This document shows, piece by piece, positions 17,403 to 27,004 of a stretch of DNA of 64,000 nt; within the stretch, counting starts at the first letter, position 1, and every line of letters begins with the position of its first letter. A program made the position numbers and the translations under genes. A model generated the notes under the pieces. The model was not told where the DNA came from. It worked only from the letters and a program-made list of their open reading frames with translations, and did not search any database. Location of the stretch: positions 1,623 to 65,622 of the forward strand of contig CAZQSM010000001.1 of the NCBI GenBank assembly GCA_964596065.1. Direction: 5' to 3'. This stretch comes from an uncultured Chlorobiaceae bacterium (GTDB lineage Bacteria; Bacteroidota; Ignavibacteria; UBA10030; SZUA-254).

Positions 17403-18288
17403 GCCCCGGCCGGGGTTTCTCTCCATCGCGGTAATCGCCGCCCTTTTCACGGGTGGCGATTACTGTTTTAGCGGGTCGCCCACCGACTCGCTCACGGCCG
17501 TGCGCGGCCTGGAGGGTGCGTCGTCCTTTTGCGTCACCCCGTCTGGCGCGACCTACGTCCTCGAATCGGGGAAATCCAGGCTTCTCCGGTATTCACCGGA
17601 CGGCAGGCTCGATCGGCAGTTCGGCGGTTACGGTTGGGGAGGTGACGGGCTCGACGGGCCCGCGGACATTGCCGCGATATCGGACCTCGAGCTGTATGTG
17701 GCGGACCTGGGAAACGACCGGGTTGTCCGATTCGACCCCACCCTCGGCCTGGCGTCGATCCATGAGACACGCGAGGGTCCGGTCCCCTTCAGGTTCCCGA
17801 GGAGCGTGGCGGTCACCGATTTCGGCCAATTGCTCGTGGTCGACGGTGAAAACGGCAGGGTGGTCGAACTGGGGAAGGACGGCCGGGTGTCACGGATCTT
17901 CGGCGGAAGCGGCGTCGGGCCGGGTTTTCTCAGGAATCCCGTCCGCGTACGGTCCGACGGGCACGACCGCGTCATCGTCCGCGATGACAACGGACTGGTC
18001 GTCTTCGACACGTTCGGGAAACACCTGCTGACGCTGGGTGCCGCCGCGACGGGGGCATTCACCTCATTCGACCATTACCGGGGGGGTGTGATCCTCCTTG
18101 ATTCAAATACCGTCCGTGTCATCTCCCCCGACGGGGGCAGGGTCTGGGAGACGGATCTTGCCGTCTACAACGCCCCCTCCGGCAAGCCGCCTGTTGACAT
18201 CAGGAGCGCGGGTGAGCGGTATTTCATCCTCTACACCGACAGGATCATCAGCCTCATTCCGCCGGCCGACGCCGTCCGCCCGCGGTAA
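17380..18288 (+). CDS. NHL-repeat beta-propeller protein
   Basis: Repeats of P.DIA...LYVADLGNDRVVRF and FPRSVAV...LLVVDGENGRVV. A TTG start at 17380 overlapping porV gives a signal-like N-terminus; the ORF track start at 17116 lies inside porV. Confidence 0.75.
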   Translation: MRCGSVSRPRPGFLSIAVIAALFTGGDYCFSGSPTDSLTAVRGLEGASSFCVTPSGATYVLESGKSRLLRYSPDGRLDRQFGGYGWGGDGLDGPADIAAISDLELYVADLGNDRVVRFDPTLGLASIHETREGPVPFRFPRSVAVTDFGQLLVVDGENGRVVELGKDGRVSRIFGGSGVGPGFLRNPVRVRSDGHDRVIVRDDNGLVVFDTFGKHLLTLGAAATGAFTSFDHYRGGVILLDSNTVRVISPDGGRVWETDLAVYNAPSGKPPVDIRSAGERYFILYTDRIISLIPPADAVRPR

Positions 18289-18304
18289 TGGGGTCCGGGC
18301 CCGC

Positions 18305-18333
18305 TTGCTCCGGAGCCTCCGGTTTCGTATGTT
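18305..18333 (+). promoter_or_regulatory. sigma70-type promoter of ssb
   Basis: TTGCTC - 17 nt - TATGTT. Confidence 0.55.
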
Positions 18334-18363
18334 CATCAACAACCACATCAGAAGGATGCCCCA

Positions 18364-18786
18364 ATGGCTGGAAAAAGTCTCAATAAGGTCACGCTTATCG
18401 GCAACCTCGGGAAGGACCCGGAAGTCAGTTATCTCCCCTCAGGGGTCCCCGTCGCGAAATTCTCGATGGCCACCGGGGAACGATGGAAAGACGCGGATGG
18501 AAATTTCCAGGAGAAAACCGAATGGCATAACATCGTGGCTTGGCGCAAACTCGCGGAGATCTGCGGTCAATACCTGAAAAAGGGGAGCAAGGTCTACATC
18601 GAGGGGAAACTCTCGACCCGGTCGTGGGACGACAAGAATACCGGCGTCAAGAAATACATGACGGAAATCGTCATGGACGAAATGATCATGCTCGATTCGA
18701 AGGGGCAGGGGATGGAGGGCGTCCAGGAAACCGCGCCGTCGCTTTCAGAGTCAGGGCCCGCGGACAAGGAAGACCTTCCTTTTTAA
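18364..18786 (+). CDS. ssb: Single-stranded DNA-binding protein
   Basis: [31 protein letters not shown], acidic tail DLPF. Confidence 0.97.
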   Translation: MAGKSLNKVTLIGNLGKDPEVSYLPSGVPVAKFSMATGERWKDADGNFQEKTEWHNIVAWRKLAEICGQYLKKGSKVYIEGKLSTRSWDDKNTGVKKYMTEIVMDEMIMLDSKGQGMEGVQETAPSLSESGPADKEDLPF

Positions 18787-18855
18787 GAGCGTCCCCGGCA
18801 GCCCGTTTCGACGGGCTTTCGGAGACGATGCTCCCCACACCACGACGCTCCCGTC

Positions 18856-20538
18856 ATGACCGCCAGGGCCCGAACCCGCCTCGCGCTGCTGCTGATCGTG
18901 CTCTCCGCGACGGGTTGCTCCATCGGACCCCGCGCTCCCCAGCCCCGTCGGGGGATGGTCGTGACCGCCGACAGCATCGCCTCCTCCGTCGGTCGCGCCA
19001 TCCTGGAACGGGGCGGGAATGCCGTCGACGCCGCGGTTGCGGTCGGATTCGCCCTCGCCGTCGTCTATCCCGAGGCGGGAAACATCGGGGGGGGCGGTTT
19101 CATGCTCCTCCGGATGCCGGACGGCACTGCGCAGTCGATCGATTTCCGGGAGACCGCACCCCGGCGATCGACCCCCGGGATGTTCCTGGCCGGGAAGGGA
19201 GGAAGCGTCGACGGGTGCCTGGCCCCGGCCGTGCCCGGGACCGTCGCGGGTCTCCTGACGGCCCTTGACCGGTTCGGGACGATGGACAGGGCCGATCTCC
19301 TCTCCCCCTCGATCGCGCTCGCCGAGCGGGGATTCGTGGTCGATGAACACCTCGCCGGTAACCTGCTCGAGTACCGGGCGGGACTCGAACGCTCGGCGAC
19401 CGCCCGCCGGCTATTCTTCCGTAACGGCGCGACGCTCGCCGCCGGGGACAGACTCACCCAACCGGAACTCGCATCCACGCTTCGCCGCATCGCCGATTCG
19501 GGGATGGGGGGTTTCTACGCGGGGCGGACGGCGGTGCTCATCGCCCGGCACATGACGGCGTGCGGCGGACTCATCGACGAGGACGATCTGAGCGGGTATC
19601 GGGCCCTTGTCCGGCCGGCCCTGCGGGGCTCGTACAGGGGTTACACGATCGACGCGATGGGCCCGCCGAGTTCCGGCGGCCTCTGCCTGCTCCAGGCCCT
19701 CTCTCTCCTGGAACCGTTCGACCTCGGTTCGCTCGGATGGGGGAACCCCGGTTCCATCCACCTGGTCGCCGAGGCAATGAAGCGCGCGTTCAGCATGCGC
19801 GCCGCCTACCTTGGAGACCCGGATTTCGTCGACGTCCCGGTAGTGAAACTTCTCGGGGCGGTCCGCCGGCTCCCGGCCCGTCAGCGGATCGACAGTTCAC
19901 GCGCCGTTCCCGCCGATTCGCTGGGCGGGTTTCCGGGGATCTCCCGCGAAGGAACAGAGACGACGCATTACTCCATCATCGACGGGGACGGGATGGCCGT
20001 CGCGGTCACGTACACGCTCAACGACCTCTTCGGGAACAAGGACGTCGTTGAGGGCGCGGGATTCTTCCTCAACGACCAGATGGACGATTTCGTCACCGTC
20101 CCCGGACAGGCAAATTTATACGGCCTCGTCGGTGGCCCGGAAAACATGATTGCCCCTCATAAACGCCCGCTCAGTTCGATGTCCCCCACCATCGTTTCGA
20201 AAGACGGGGCCCCGTTGCTCATCCTGGGCGCGCGCGGGGGGTCGAAAATCATCAGCGCGGTCCTGCAGGCAATCATCAATGTCATCGATTACGGGTTGTC
20301 TCCGGCGTCGGCCGTTGCCCTGCCGCGGTTCCACCACCAGTGGAGTCCGGACACCCTGGTGTTCGAGAGGGGAGCGATCGGACCAGGAGCGAAGGAGGAA
20401 CTGCTTCGCAAGGGACACAGCCTCAGGGAAATCAACTCCACGATCGGTCAGATCGAGGCGATCTGTATCGACCAGGAGACGGGACTGCTGATCGGAGTGC
20501 CGGACCATCGGGAAGGCGGCGTCGCAGACGGGTTCTGA
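18856..20538 (+). CDS. ggt: Gamma-glutamyltransferase (lipoprotein)
   Basis: Lipobox ATG-C; GGNAVDAA, IDFRETAP, ETTHYS (catalytic Thr), LNDQMDDF, PLSSMSP, GGSKI. Confidence 0.95.
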   Translation: MTARARTRLALLLIVLSATGCSIGPRAPQPRRGMVVTADSIASSVGRAILERGGNAVDAAVAVGFALAVVYPEAGNIGGGGFMLLRMPDGTAQSIDFRETAPRRSTPGMFLAGKGGSVDGCLAPAVPGTVAGLLTALDRFGTMDRADLLSPSIALAERGFVVDEHLAGNLLEYRAGLERSATARRLFFRNGATLAAGDRLTQPELASTLRRIADSGMGGFYAGRTAVLIARHMTACGGLIDEDDLSGYRALVRPALRGSYRGYTIDAMGPPSSGGLCLLQALSLLEPFDLGSLGWGNPGSIHLVAEAMKRAFSMRAAYLGDPDFVDVPVVKLLGAVRRLPARQRIDSSRAVPADSLGGFPGISREGTETTHYSIIDGDGMAVAVTYTLNDLFGNKDVVEGAGFFLNDQMDDFVTVPGQANLYGLVGGPENMIAPHKRPLSSMSPTIVSKDGAPLLILGARGGSKIISAVLQAIINVIDYGLSPASAVALPRFHHQWSPDTLVFERGAIGPGAKEELLRKGHSLREINSTIGQIEAICIDQETGLLIGVPDHREGGVADGF

Positions 20539-20559
20539 CGGGCCGCATCGTGTCACCAC

Positions 20560-20588
20560 TTGACTCTCGCGGGAATCCCTCTTATATT
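20560..20588 (+). promoter_or_regulatory. sigma70-type promoter driving the riboswitch transcript
   Basis: TTGACT - 17 nt - TATATT. Confidence 0.75.
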
Positions 20589-20612
20589 CCCACGTCACGT
20601 TCTTTTCAATTT

Positions 20613-20840
20613 GGATACGCGGTACATCCCGCCGCTTGACGGCGGGATGGGAATTCCGTGCGACGACCTTCGGGGTCGTCAAACCGGAAGCTGCCCCGCA
20701 ACTGTGATCCCTTCCGCATAGCGGAACGATCCTGCGCCACGGATATGGTCACTCCGGTCTGAACCGGGGGAAGGCCGGCGCATGGAGGGGAAAGCCAGGA
20801 GACCGACCGCGTCATCAACAGAGAAGCCCTCGCGGGAGGG
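20613..20840 (+). promoter_or_regulatory. Cobalamin (AdoCbl-class) riboswitch
   Basis: GGGAAttccGTG, CTGCCCCGCAACTGTGA, GGGAAGGCC, AGCCAGGAGACC B12 box; P13 hairpin CCCTC-GCGG-GAGGG (20827-20840) with a loop complementary to L5 CCCGC; upstream of btuB. Confidence 0.95.
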
Positions 20841-20874
20841 ATTCGGCGAATTGCAGGCCCCCAGGGGCCCTGAC

Positions 20875-20908
20875 ACCCGGCCGTCCCCGCGATGGCCGGG
20901 TTTTTTTT
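20875..20908 (+). terminator. Riboswitch expression-platform terminator
   Basis: ACCCGGCCGTC-cccgc-GATGGCCGGGT followed by a T run. Confidence 0.8.
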
Positions 20909-22904
20909 GTCCACACTCCGCCGCCATATCGCCCTGTTCATCCTCACCTGCGCCAGCCTTCAGGCCCGCGTCGATTCCGTGGACGCGTCAGGGCGGGTCG
21001 CCGGGGACACGGTGTATCGATACGGCGAAGTGGTGGTGTCCGCGGAGCGATATCCGCTGTCGGCCCGGAGCGCGGGAACCGTGATGTTCGCGGCGAGCCC
21101 CACCGGGTCGTGGCAATTCGAGGGCCCCGGGGGGGCGCTGGCCCCGATCAGGAATCTCCACCTCATGGGGTACGGCGGGGGGATGGCCCTCCAGACCCTT
21201 TCCATCCGCGGCATGGGTTCAGAGCATTCGCTCGTCCTCTGGAACGGCCATCCGGCCGGCAACATGCAAACCGGCGTTTCCGATTTCAACCTTTTCAACG
21301 CCGCCGACCTCGAGGAGATCCGCGTGGTCCCGGGGGGCGCCTCGGCGTTGCACGGGAGCGGCGCCGTGGGAGGCGTGGTGAACCTGGTCCCCCGGTTTCC
21401 CTACTCCTCGCAACGGAGCGTCGAATTCGGCGCACGCTCCGGGTCGTTCCGCGACTCCCGCTTCATGGGGAGGGTCACGGTGCGGCCCGACTCGGCACTC
21501 GGAATCTCCGCGCGGTTCGGCAGGTCGCGCTCCCGGGGCGACTTCAGGTTCAGGGACACTGAACAGGACCGCGACGTTGCCCGGGAAAACAGTGACGTGG
21601 TGTCACATTCGTTCTCCCTCGCCGCCGGATGGAACCGCCCCGATCGGGACCGGCTGGGAATGATGATCACCGCGACGTTGCTCGACCAGGGTACGCCAGG
21701 TCCCTGGTCGGCGAACCTCCCCCAATCGGGAGCCAGGAGGAACGACCGGAGGTACCTCGGCGCGCTCTCGTGGGAATCAGCCCCCTCGGGCCGGTGGACG
21801 GTCACGGCGACGGGGAGCTTCGATTCGCAGTACGAGCGGTACCTCGACACCGACGGCCCAAATCCGGCGGACAATTTCTATCGGACCGCCCGGGTCGGCG
21901 CGTCGACGCAGTTCCGCTACCAGGCCGGGCCGGACTGGCTGTTGCAGGCGGGAACGGACCTGCATCACGTTGAGGCCGCGGGGAACGCCATCGACGGGAG
22001 CAGGTCACGCGACGGCGCCGCCCTCTGCGCCTCGATGTCGTGGGCGATCAACACCGGTGGCCGGCTCACCGGCACGGTTACGCCCTCCCTCCGGTGGGAG
22101 GGGGTCAGCGGGTTCGATCCGCACCCGAGCCCGAAACTGGGCCTGAACCTGGAAGGGCGCGGAGAGGCGTTTTCACTCCGTCTGCACGCGACGGCGGGCA
22201 GTGGGAGGAGGGACCCGACCATGAATGAACTTCATTATTCCGGGGAGGGGGGCGTGGGAAACAGCCGACTCGGGCCGGAAACGTCTGTGAGTTTTGACGC
22301 GGGCATCGGGGGGTGGGTGGGTGGCCCCGGAGACGGGATCGAATGGGACCTGACCCGCTACCTGATCCGCATGGATGGTCGGATTCAATGGGTCCCGACG
22401 TCAAATCCGAGGGTGTGGAAACCGGAGAACATCGGCAGAACCCGGTCGGAGGGATGGGAGGCGGGGGTCGGATGGAAACCGTTTCCGGGAGAGCTGGAAT
22501 TGCACGGAGATTACTCAACAATCAACGCGAGGAAGGCAAGGCTAACACCATTTGGTGCAACGGAATACGCGGAACAACTGATTTATATACCCCTCGATAA
22601 AGGCTCGGTCGGAATCCTCCTCGGGCGCCGGGACATCAATGGCTGGCTTCGATCGATCGCCCTGCGCGTAGAGGCGATCCACACCGGTGAACGCTATGTG
22701 CTGGATGACCAGTCCGTCTCACTCCCGGGACACCGGCTCATCAACGGTTCGCTCGCGACGGAAATCTCCCTGGGGGGATGGGGGGACGTGGTCCTCACCT
22801 ACGCCGCGGATAACCTCTCCGATGTCTCGTACGTCGTCATGCCCGGATACCCGATGCCAGGGTTCAGCCAATACATCTCAATCCAATACTCCATAGCCAT
22901 TTAA
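20892..22904 (+). CDS. btuB: BtuB-like TonB-dependent cobalamin receptor
   Basis: Plug motifs LSIRGMGSEHSLVLWNG and GGASALHGSGAVGGVVNL; barrel; directly under the B12 riboswitch. The start may be TTG 20907 (MSTLRRHIALFILTCASLQA signal peptide). Confidence 0.85.
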   Translation: MAGFFLSTLRRHIALFILTCASLQARVDSVDASGRVAGDTVYRYGEVVVSAERYPLSARSAGTVMFAASPTGSWQFEGPGGALAPIRNLHLMGYGGGMALQTLSIRGMGSEHSLVLWNGHPAGNMQTGVSDFNLFNAADLEEIRVVPGGASALHGSGAVGGVVNLVPRFPYSSQRSVEFGARSGSFRDSRFMGRVTVRPDSALGISARFGRSRSRGDFRFRDTEQDRDVARENSDVVSHSFSLAAGWNRPDRDRLGMMITATLLDQGTPGPWSANLPQSGARRNDRRYLGALSWESAPSGRWTVTATGSFDSQYERYLDTDGPNPADNFYRTARVGASTQFRYQAGPDWLLQAGTDLHHVEAAGNAIDGSRSRDGAALCASMSWAINTGGRLTGTVTPSLRWEGVSGFDPHPSPKLGLNLEGRGEAFSLRLHATAGSGRRDPTMNELHYSGEGGVGNSRLGPETSVSFDAGIGGWVGGPGDGIEWDLTRYLIRMDGRIQWVPTSNPRVWKPENIGRTRSEGWEAGVGWKPFPGELELHGDYSTINARKARLTPFGATEYAEQLIYIPLDKGSVGILLGRRDINGWLRSIALRVEAIHTGERYVLDDQSVSLPGHRLINGSLATEISLGGWGDVVLTYAADNLSDVSYVVMPGYPMPGFSQYISIQYSIAI

Positions 22905-22913
22905 GGCAGAACA

Positions 22914-23936
22914 ATGAAACAATTCATCGTGCTCCCGCTCCTCGCGATGACGCTCGCCGCGTCGGGGTGCCGGACGGCGGGGACACAGGAGCCGGATGTC
23001 CGCCCAGCCGGCTCCGGGACATACGTGGTGAACGAGGGGGGCTTCGCGGGAGGGGGAAACCTGAGTTTTTACGATCCGGTCGCCGGAAGTATCTCCAATG
23101 ACGTCGTCCGAAACGCGGATTCGTGGCTTTTCCCCAACGACATCCTCATCCGGTCGGGGAAAATCTTCGTCGCGGTCAACGGGAGCGACCGGATCGACAT
23201 CATCGACCCGGACGACGATTCCGTGAGGTCGTCGATCGTCTTCCCGCCGGGGACCGGACCGGGGTACCTGATCACATCAGGCGACCGGATCTACTGCGCC
23301 AATTATGACGGGACGGTCAGCTCGATCGACGCTTCGGTCGATTCGATCCTGTTCACCTCGGGGGCCGTCGTCGGCTTCCCGGGGGGGATCGTCGGCTCCG
23401 GAGGTCGGCTGTTCGTGTCAGACCTGGGCGGCTGGCCCGATACCGGCATCAGCGTGAAAGTCCTTGACGCGGCCACGCTGGGGATCGTCGGCTCCGTGCA
23501 TACCGGGGGAGGTCCGGCGCGAATGGTCCTCACGGGCGGTAAACTGTACGCGGTCGCATCGACCGCCGCGAAACTGTGGAGGATCGATCCGGTGACGCTG
23601 GAGATCGAGGATTCCTGCGACACCGGCTCGATCCCCGGAGACATCGTCACCGACGGCGCCAACCTCTACCTTCTGACAGGGGACGCCGTCGAGCGCGTCC
23701 CCCTCGCTCCGTTCGCCAGGGATACCGCCGCCCTGATCGGTCGGAGTGAGGGGCTCTTCCATTACGCGCTCGGGTTCGACGCGTCCTCGGGGCATTTGTA
23801 CGTTTCAACCATCCTGACGGCCGGCGGGTCGGGTTCCTTCAGCGTCTACTCGACCGCGGGAGCGAGGTTGGGTCCGCCCATCGCCGCCGGGATCTTTCCG
23901 GGCGCGTTCGGGTTCTATGTCGCCGATCCACCCTGA
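22914..23936 (+). CDS. BtuG-like (DUF5074/YncE-type) beta-propeller lipoprotein
   Basis: Lipobox ASG-C; YVVNEGGF, NLSFYD, IFVAVNGSDRIDII blade motifs; follows btuB. Confidence 0.78.
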   Translation: MKQFIVLPLLAMTLAASGCRTAGTQEPDVRPAGSGTYVVNEGGFAGGGNLSFYDPVAGSISNDVVRNADSWLFPNDILIRSGKIFVAVNGSDRIDIIDPDDDSVRSSIVFPPGTGPGYLITSGDRIYCANYDGTVSSIDASVDSILFTSGAVVGFPGGIVGSGGRLFVSDLGGWPDTGISVKVLDAATLGIVGSVHTGGGPARMVLTGGKLYAVASTAAKLWRIDPVTLEIEDSCDTGSIPGDIVTDGANLYLLTGDAVERVPLAPFARDTAALIGRSEGLFHYALGFDASSGHLYVSTILTAGGSGSFSVYSTAGARLGPPIAAGIFPGAFGFYVADPP

Positions 23937-23964
23937 GGAAGCGGATCCCCGGCCCCCGCGCAAG

Positions 23965-23993
23965 TTGCGCCGCATGCTATTTATCTGTATAAT
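23965..23993 (+). promoter_or_regulatory. sigma70-type promoter of the DUF6580-like gene
   Basis: TTGCGC - 17 nt - TATAAT. Confidence 0.65.
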
Positions 23994-24049
23994 CGTGATT
24001 GGATCCGCATAAAAACCGACGATACGATCTCACATAGGGAGAACCCTGA

Positions 24050-24571
24050 ATGATTCGCACACTATTTTTGCTCGGGCTCGCAACGCTCGCCGTCGTTTCC
24101 CGGCTGATCCCGCACCCGATGAATTTCGCCCCGATCGCGGCCCTCGCGCTCTTCGGAGGCGCGTATTTCGACCGCCGCTTCGCCTTCGCCCTGCCGTTCG
24201 CGGTCCTGATCGTCAGTGACGCGTTCCTCGGGTTCTATGAGGGAATCGAATGGGTGTACGGCAGCTTCTTCCTGATCAGTCTCATCGGCTGGAGCCTCCG
24301 GGGCAGGAAGAGCGTCGCGGCGATCGCCGGCGCGACGCTGCTGGGTTCCGTCCTCTTCTTCGTCGTGACGAATTTCGGCGTATGGCTCGGCGGGGGATTG
24401 TACACCCCCGACCTGGCGGGGCTCCTGAATTGTTACGTCGCCGCCATCCCCTTCTTCAGGAACAGCCTTGCCGGGGACGCGTTTTACGCCGCGGCGCTCT
24501 TCGGCGCGGCGGAACTGGCCTCGCGGCGGGTTCCCGCTCTCTCGGACGCCGGCGGGTCGGTCCGTGCCTGA
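24050..24571 (+). CDS. DUF6580-type small polytopic membrane protein (S-component-like putative transporter)
   Basis: RLIPHPMNFAPIAALALFGGAYF, SVLFFVVTNFGVW, CYVAAIPFFRNSLAGD; about 6 hydrophobic segments. Confidence 0.72.
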   Translation: MIRTLFLLGLATLAVVSRLIPHPMNFAPIAALALFGGAYFDRRFAFALPFAVLIVSDAFLGFYEGIEWVYGSFFLISLIGWSLRGRKSVAAIAGATLLGSVLFFVVTNFGVWLGGGLYTPDLAGLLNCYVAAIPFFRNSLAGDAFYAAALFGAAELASRRVPALSDAGGSVRA

Positions 24572-24625
24572 GGTGACGGTACCCTCCCCATACGCGCGGA
24601 CGCCGCGGACACCAGGCATGCCACG

Positions 24626-25768
24626 ATGAGCGCCAGACTCGTTCTCGAAAACGGGCTCGTCTTCGAGGGCAGCTCATTCGGCGCCGACACCGAAACGACA
24701 GGGGAGGTGGTGTTCAATACCAGCCTCACCGGGTACCAGGAAATCATCACCGACCCGTCGTACCGCGGGCAGATCGTCACGATGACCAACCCGCTGATCG
24801 GGAATTACGGCGTCAACGACGACGACATGGAATCGGCCAGGCCCCGGGTGGCGGGATTCGTCGTCAGGGAGTATTCGGAACTCTTCAGCAACCATCGCGC
24901 GTCGGAGAGCCTCGGGTCGTGGCTCCGGCGATCCGGCATCCCGGCCATCCAGGGAGTTGATACAAGGATGCTGACCCGCGCGATCAGGACCTCGGGCGCG
25001 ATGCGTGGGATCATCTCTTCCGGCGACGAGGACGTCGGGACGCTCCTGAGCAAGGTCAGGTCGTCGCCGTCGATGTCCGGGCTCGACCTGGCTCGGGAGG
25101 TGACCTGCGGGGAACCGTACGGATGGGAGGGGGTTGACACCACAAGGTTCGCCGTCCCGCCGCCTGAGGGATCGGATGCCTCCCGCCGCCCCCACGTCGT
25201 GGTCTACGATTTCGGCGTCAAGCGGAACATCCTCAGGAGGCTCACGACCCACGGGTGCAGGCTCACCGTGGTCCCCGCCTCGTTTCCCGCCGCCGACCTG
25301 CTCGCGATGCATCCCGACGGCGTTTTCCTCTCGAACGGACCCGGCGACCCCGAGGCGGTAACGTACGCGATCGACAATATCCGCGCGCTGATCGGGAAGA
25401 AACCGATCTTCGGGATCTGCCTCGGCCACCAGCTTCTTGCGCTGGCGCTGGGGGGAAGAACGTACAAGCTGAAGTTCGGCCACCGGGGGGCGAACCACCC
25501 GGTGAAAAACCTCCTCACCGGGGAGATCGAAATCACGTCCCAGAACCACGGGTTCGCGGTCGATCCCGATTCTCTCGACGCCTCGGCCGTCGAGATCACC
25601 CACGTCAACCTCAACGACGGCACCAATGAGGGGTTCCGCCACCGGCACCTGCCCCTCTTTTCCGTCCAGTACCATCCCGAAGCGTCCCCCGGACCCCACG
25701 ACAGCGATTATCTCTTCCGCTCTTTTTCACGGGTGCTCTCGGACCATGCCGCCGTTCCAGCCTCCTGA
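24626..25768 (+). CDS. carA: Carbamoyl-phosphate synthase small subunit
   Basis: [42 protein letters not shown]. Confidence 0.97.
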   Translation: MSARLVLENGLVFEGSSFGADTETTGEVVFNTSLTGYQEIITDPSYRGQIVTMTNPLIGNYGVNDDDMESARPRVAGFVVREYSELFSNHRASESLGSWLRRSGIPAIQGVDTRMLTRAIRTSGAMRGIISSGDEDVGTLLSKVRSSPSMSGLDLAREVTCGEPYGWEGVDTTRFAVPPPEGSDASRRPHVVVYDFGVKRNILRRLTTHGCRLTVVPASFPAADLLAMHPDGVFLSNGPGDPEAVTYAIDNIRALIGKKPIFGICLGHQLLALALGGRTYKLKFGHRGANHPVKNLLTGEIEITSQNHGFAVDPDSLDASAVEITHVNLNDGTNEGFRHRHLPLFSVQYHPEASPGPHDSDYLFRSFSRVLSDHAAVPAS

Positions 25769-25783
25769 ACCCCCGGTCCGGCG

Positions 25784-26233
25784 TTGATCGTCACGATACC
25801 CATCGCGAGGATCCCGGGATCGGGTGACGATGTTCCGTTGCCGTCGTACGCGACGGCCGGGTCCTCGGGGATGGACCTGCGCGCGGTCATCGACGCGCCG
25901 ATCACGATGGCGCCCGCGGAAACGGTCATGGTCCCGTGCGGATTCAGGATGGCCATTCCCCCCGGGTTCGAAGGCCAGGTCCGTCCGCGGAGCGGCCTCG
26001 CCGCGAAGCATGGCATCGGCGTCCTCAACGCCCCCGGCACGATCGACGCCGATTACCGGGGCGAACTCAAGGTTATCCTGACGAACTTCGGCGGCTCCCC
26101 CTTCGTCGTCAACCGGGGCGACCGGATCGCGCAGCTCATCATTGCGCCGGTCGCCGCCGCTCGATGGTCTGAAACGCCGGACCTCGGCGACACGGCGCGG
26201 GGTTCGGGCGGTTTCGGACACACCGGGAAGTAA
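25784..26233 (+). CDS. dut: dUTP diphosphatase
   Basis: All five motifs present: SGMDL, RPRSGLA, GTIDADYRGE, GDRIAQL, RGSGGFGHTG; TTG start. Confidence 0.96.
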   Translation: MIVTIPIARIPGSGDDVPLPSYATAGSSGMDLRAVIDAPITMAPAETVMVPCGFRMAIPPGFEGQVRPRSGLAAKHGIGVLNAPGTIDADYRGELKVILTNFGGSPFVVNRGDRIAQLIIAPVAAARWSETPDLGDTARGSGGFGHTGK

Positions 26234-26238
26234 TCTCC

Positions 26239-26943
26239 GTGCCGCCTCCCGGTACCCTCTACCTCGTCTCCACCCCGATCGGCAACCGCGACGACATCAC
26301 CCACAGGGCGCTGCGCGTTCTTCGCGAAGCCGACGTTCTGGTCTGCGAGGAACGGAGGGAGGGAGAGAGACTCCTGGCGCGATACGGCATCGGCGGCAGG
26401 GCGGTCGAACCGCTCAACGAGCACACCGAAGCGGACACCGCGGGCGACATCATCGCCCATCTCCGGGAGGGCAGGAACGTCGCCCTCGTTTCCGACGCCG
26501 GCACACCACTGTTCTCCGACCCGGGGAGGCTCCTCGTACGGATGGCGATCGAGGCCGGGCTGTCGATCGTCCCGGTCCCCGGGGCCTCATCGCTCCTTCC
26601 CGCGCTCACCGTCAGCGGATTCCCGCTCGACGGCTTCGTCTTCCGGGGTTTCCTCTCGCCGAAGTCCGATCGCCGGCGTTCCGAACTGCGCGCTCTGCGC
26701 GCCGAGACGCGGACGACGGTCCTGATGGACACGCCGTACAGGCTCGCGGCGCTCCTCCGCGACGTCGCCGCGGTCCTCGGGCCGGGGCGTCGCGTCTGCG
26801 TCGCATTCAACCTCACGATGGCCGATGAGCTGGTCCTCAGGGGGACCGCCTCGGACGTGGCCGCCGACGCCGCCGCCCGGGGCCTCAAGGGAGAATTCGT
26901 CCTCGTCGTCGGTCCCCCGGACCGTCCCTCGAAGAACGCCTGA
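26239..26943 (+). CDS. rsmI: 16S rRNA (C1402-2'-O)-methyltransferase
   Basis: LYLVSTPIGN..DIT.RA, LVSDAGTPLFSDPG, PVPGAS, KGEFVLVV. Confidence 0.93.
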   Translation: MPPPGTLYLVSTPIGNRDDITHRALRVLREADVLVCEERREGERLLARYGIGGRAVEPLNEHTEADTAGDIIAHLREGRNVALVSDAGTPLFSDPGRLLVRMAIEAGLSIVPVPGASSLLPALTVSGFPLDGFVFRGFLSPKSDRRRSELRALRAETRTTVLMDTPYRLAALLRDVAAVLGPGRRVCVAFNLTMADELVLRGTASDVAADAAARGLKGEFVLVVGPPDRPSKNA

Positions 26944-26960
26944 GCGTCTCCACCGGCGGT

Positions 26961-26989
26961 TTGCATCTCCCCGGCCAAATCTCTATATT
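26961..26989 (+). promoter_or_regulatory. sigma70-type promoter
   Basis: TTGCAT - 17 nt - TATATT. Confidence 0.6.
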
Positions 26990-27004
26990 TTTTTACGCCG
27001 CCGA

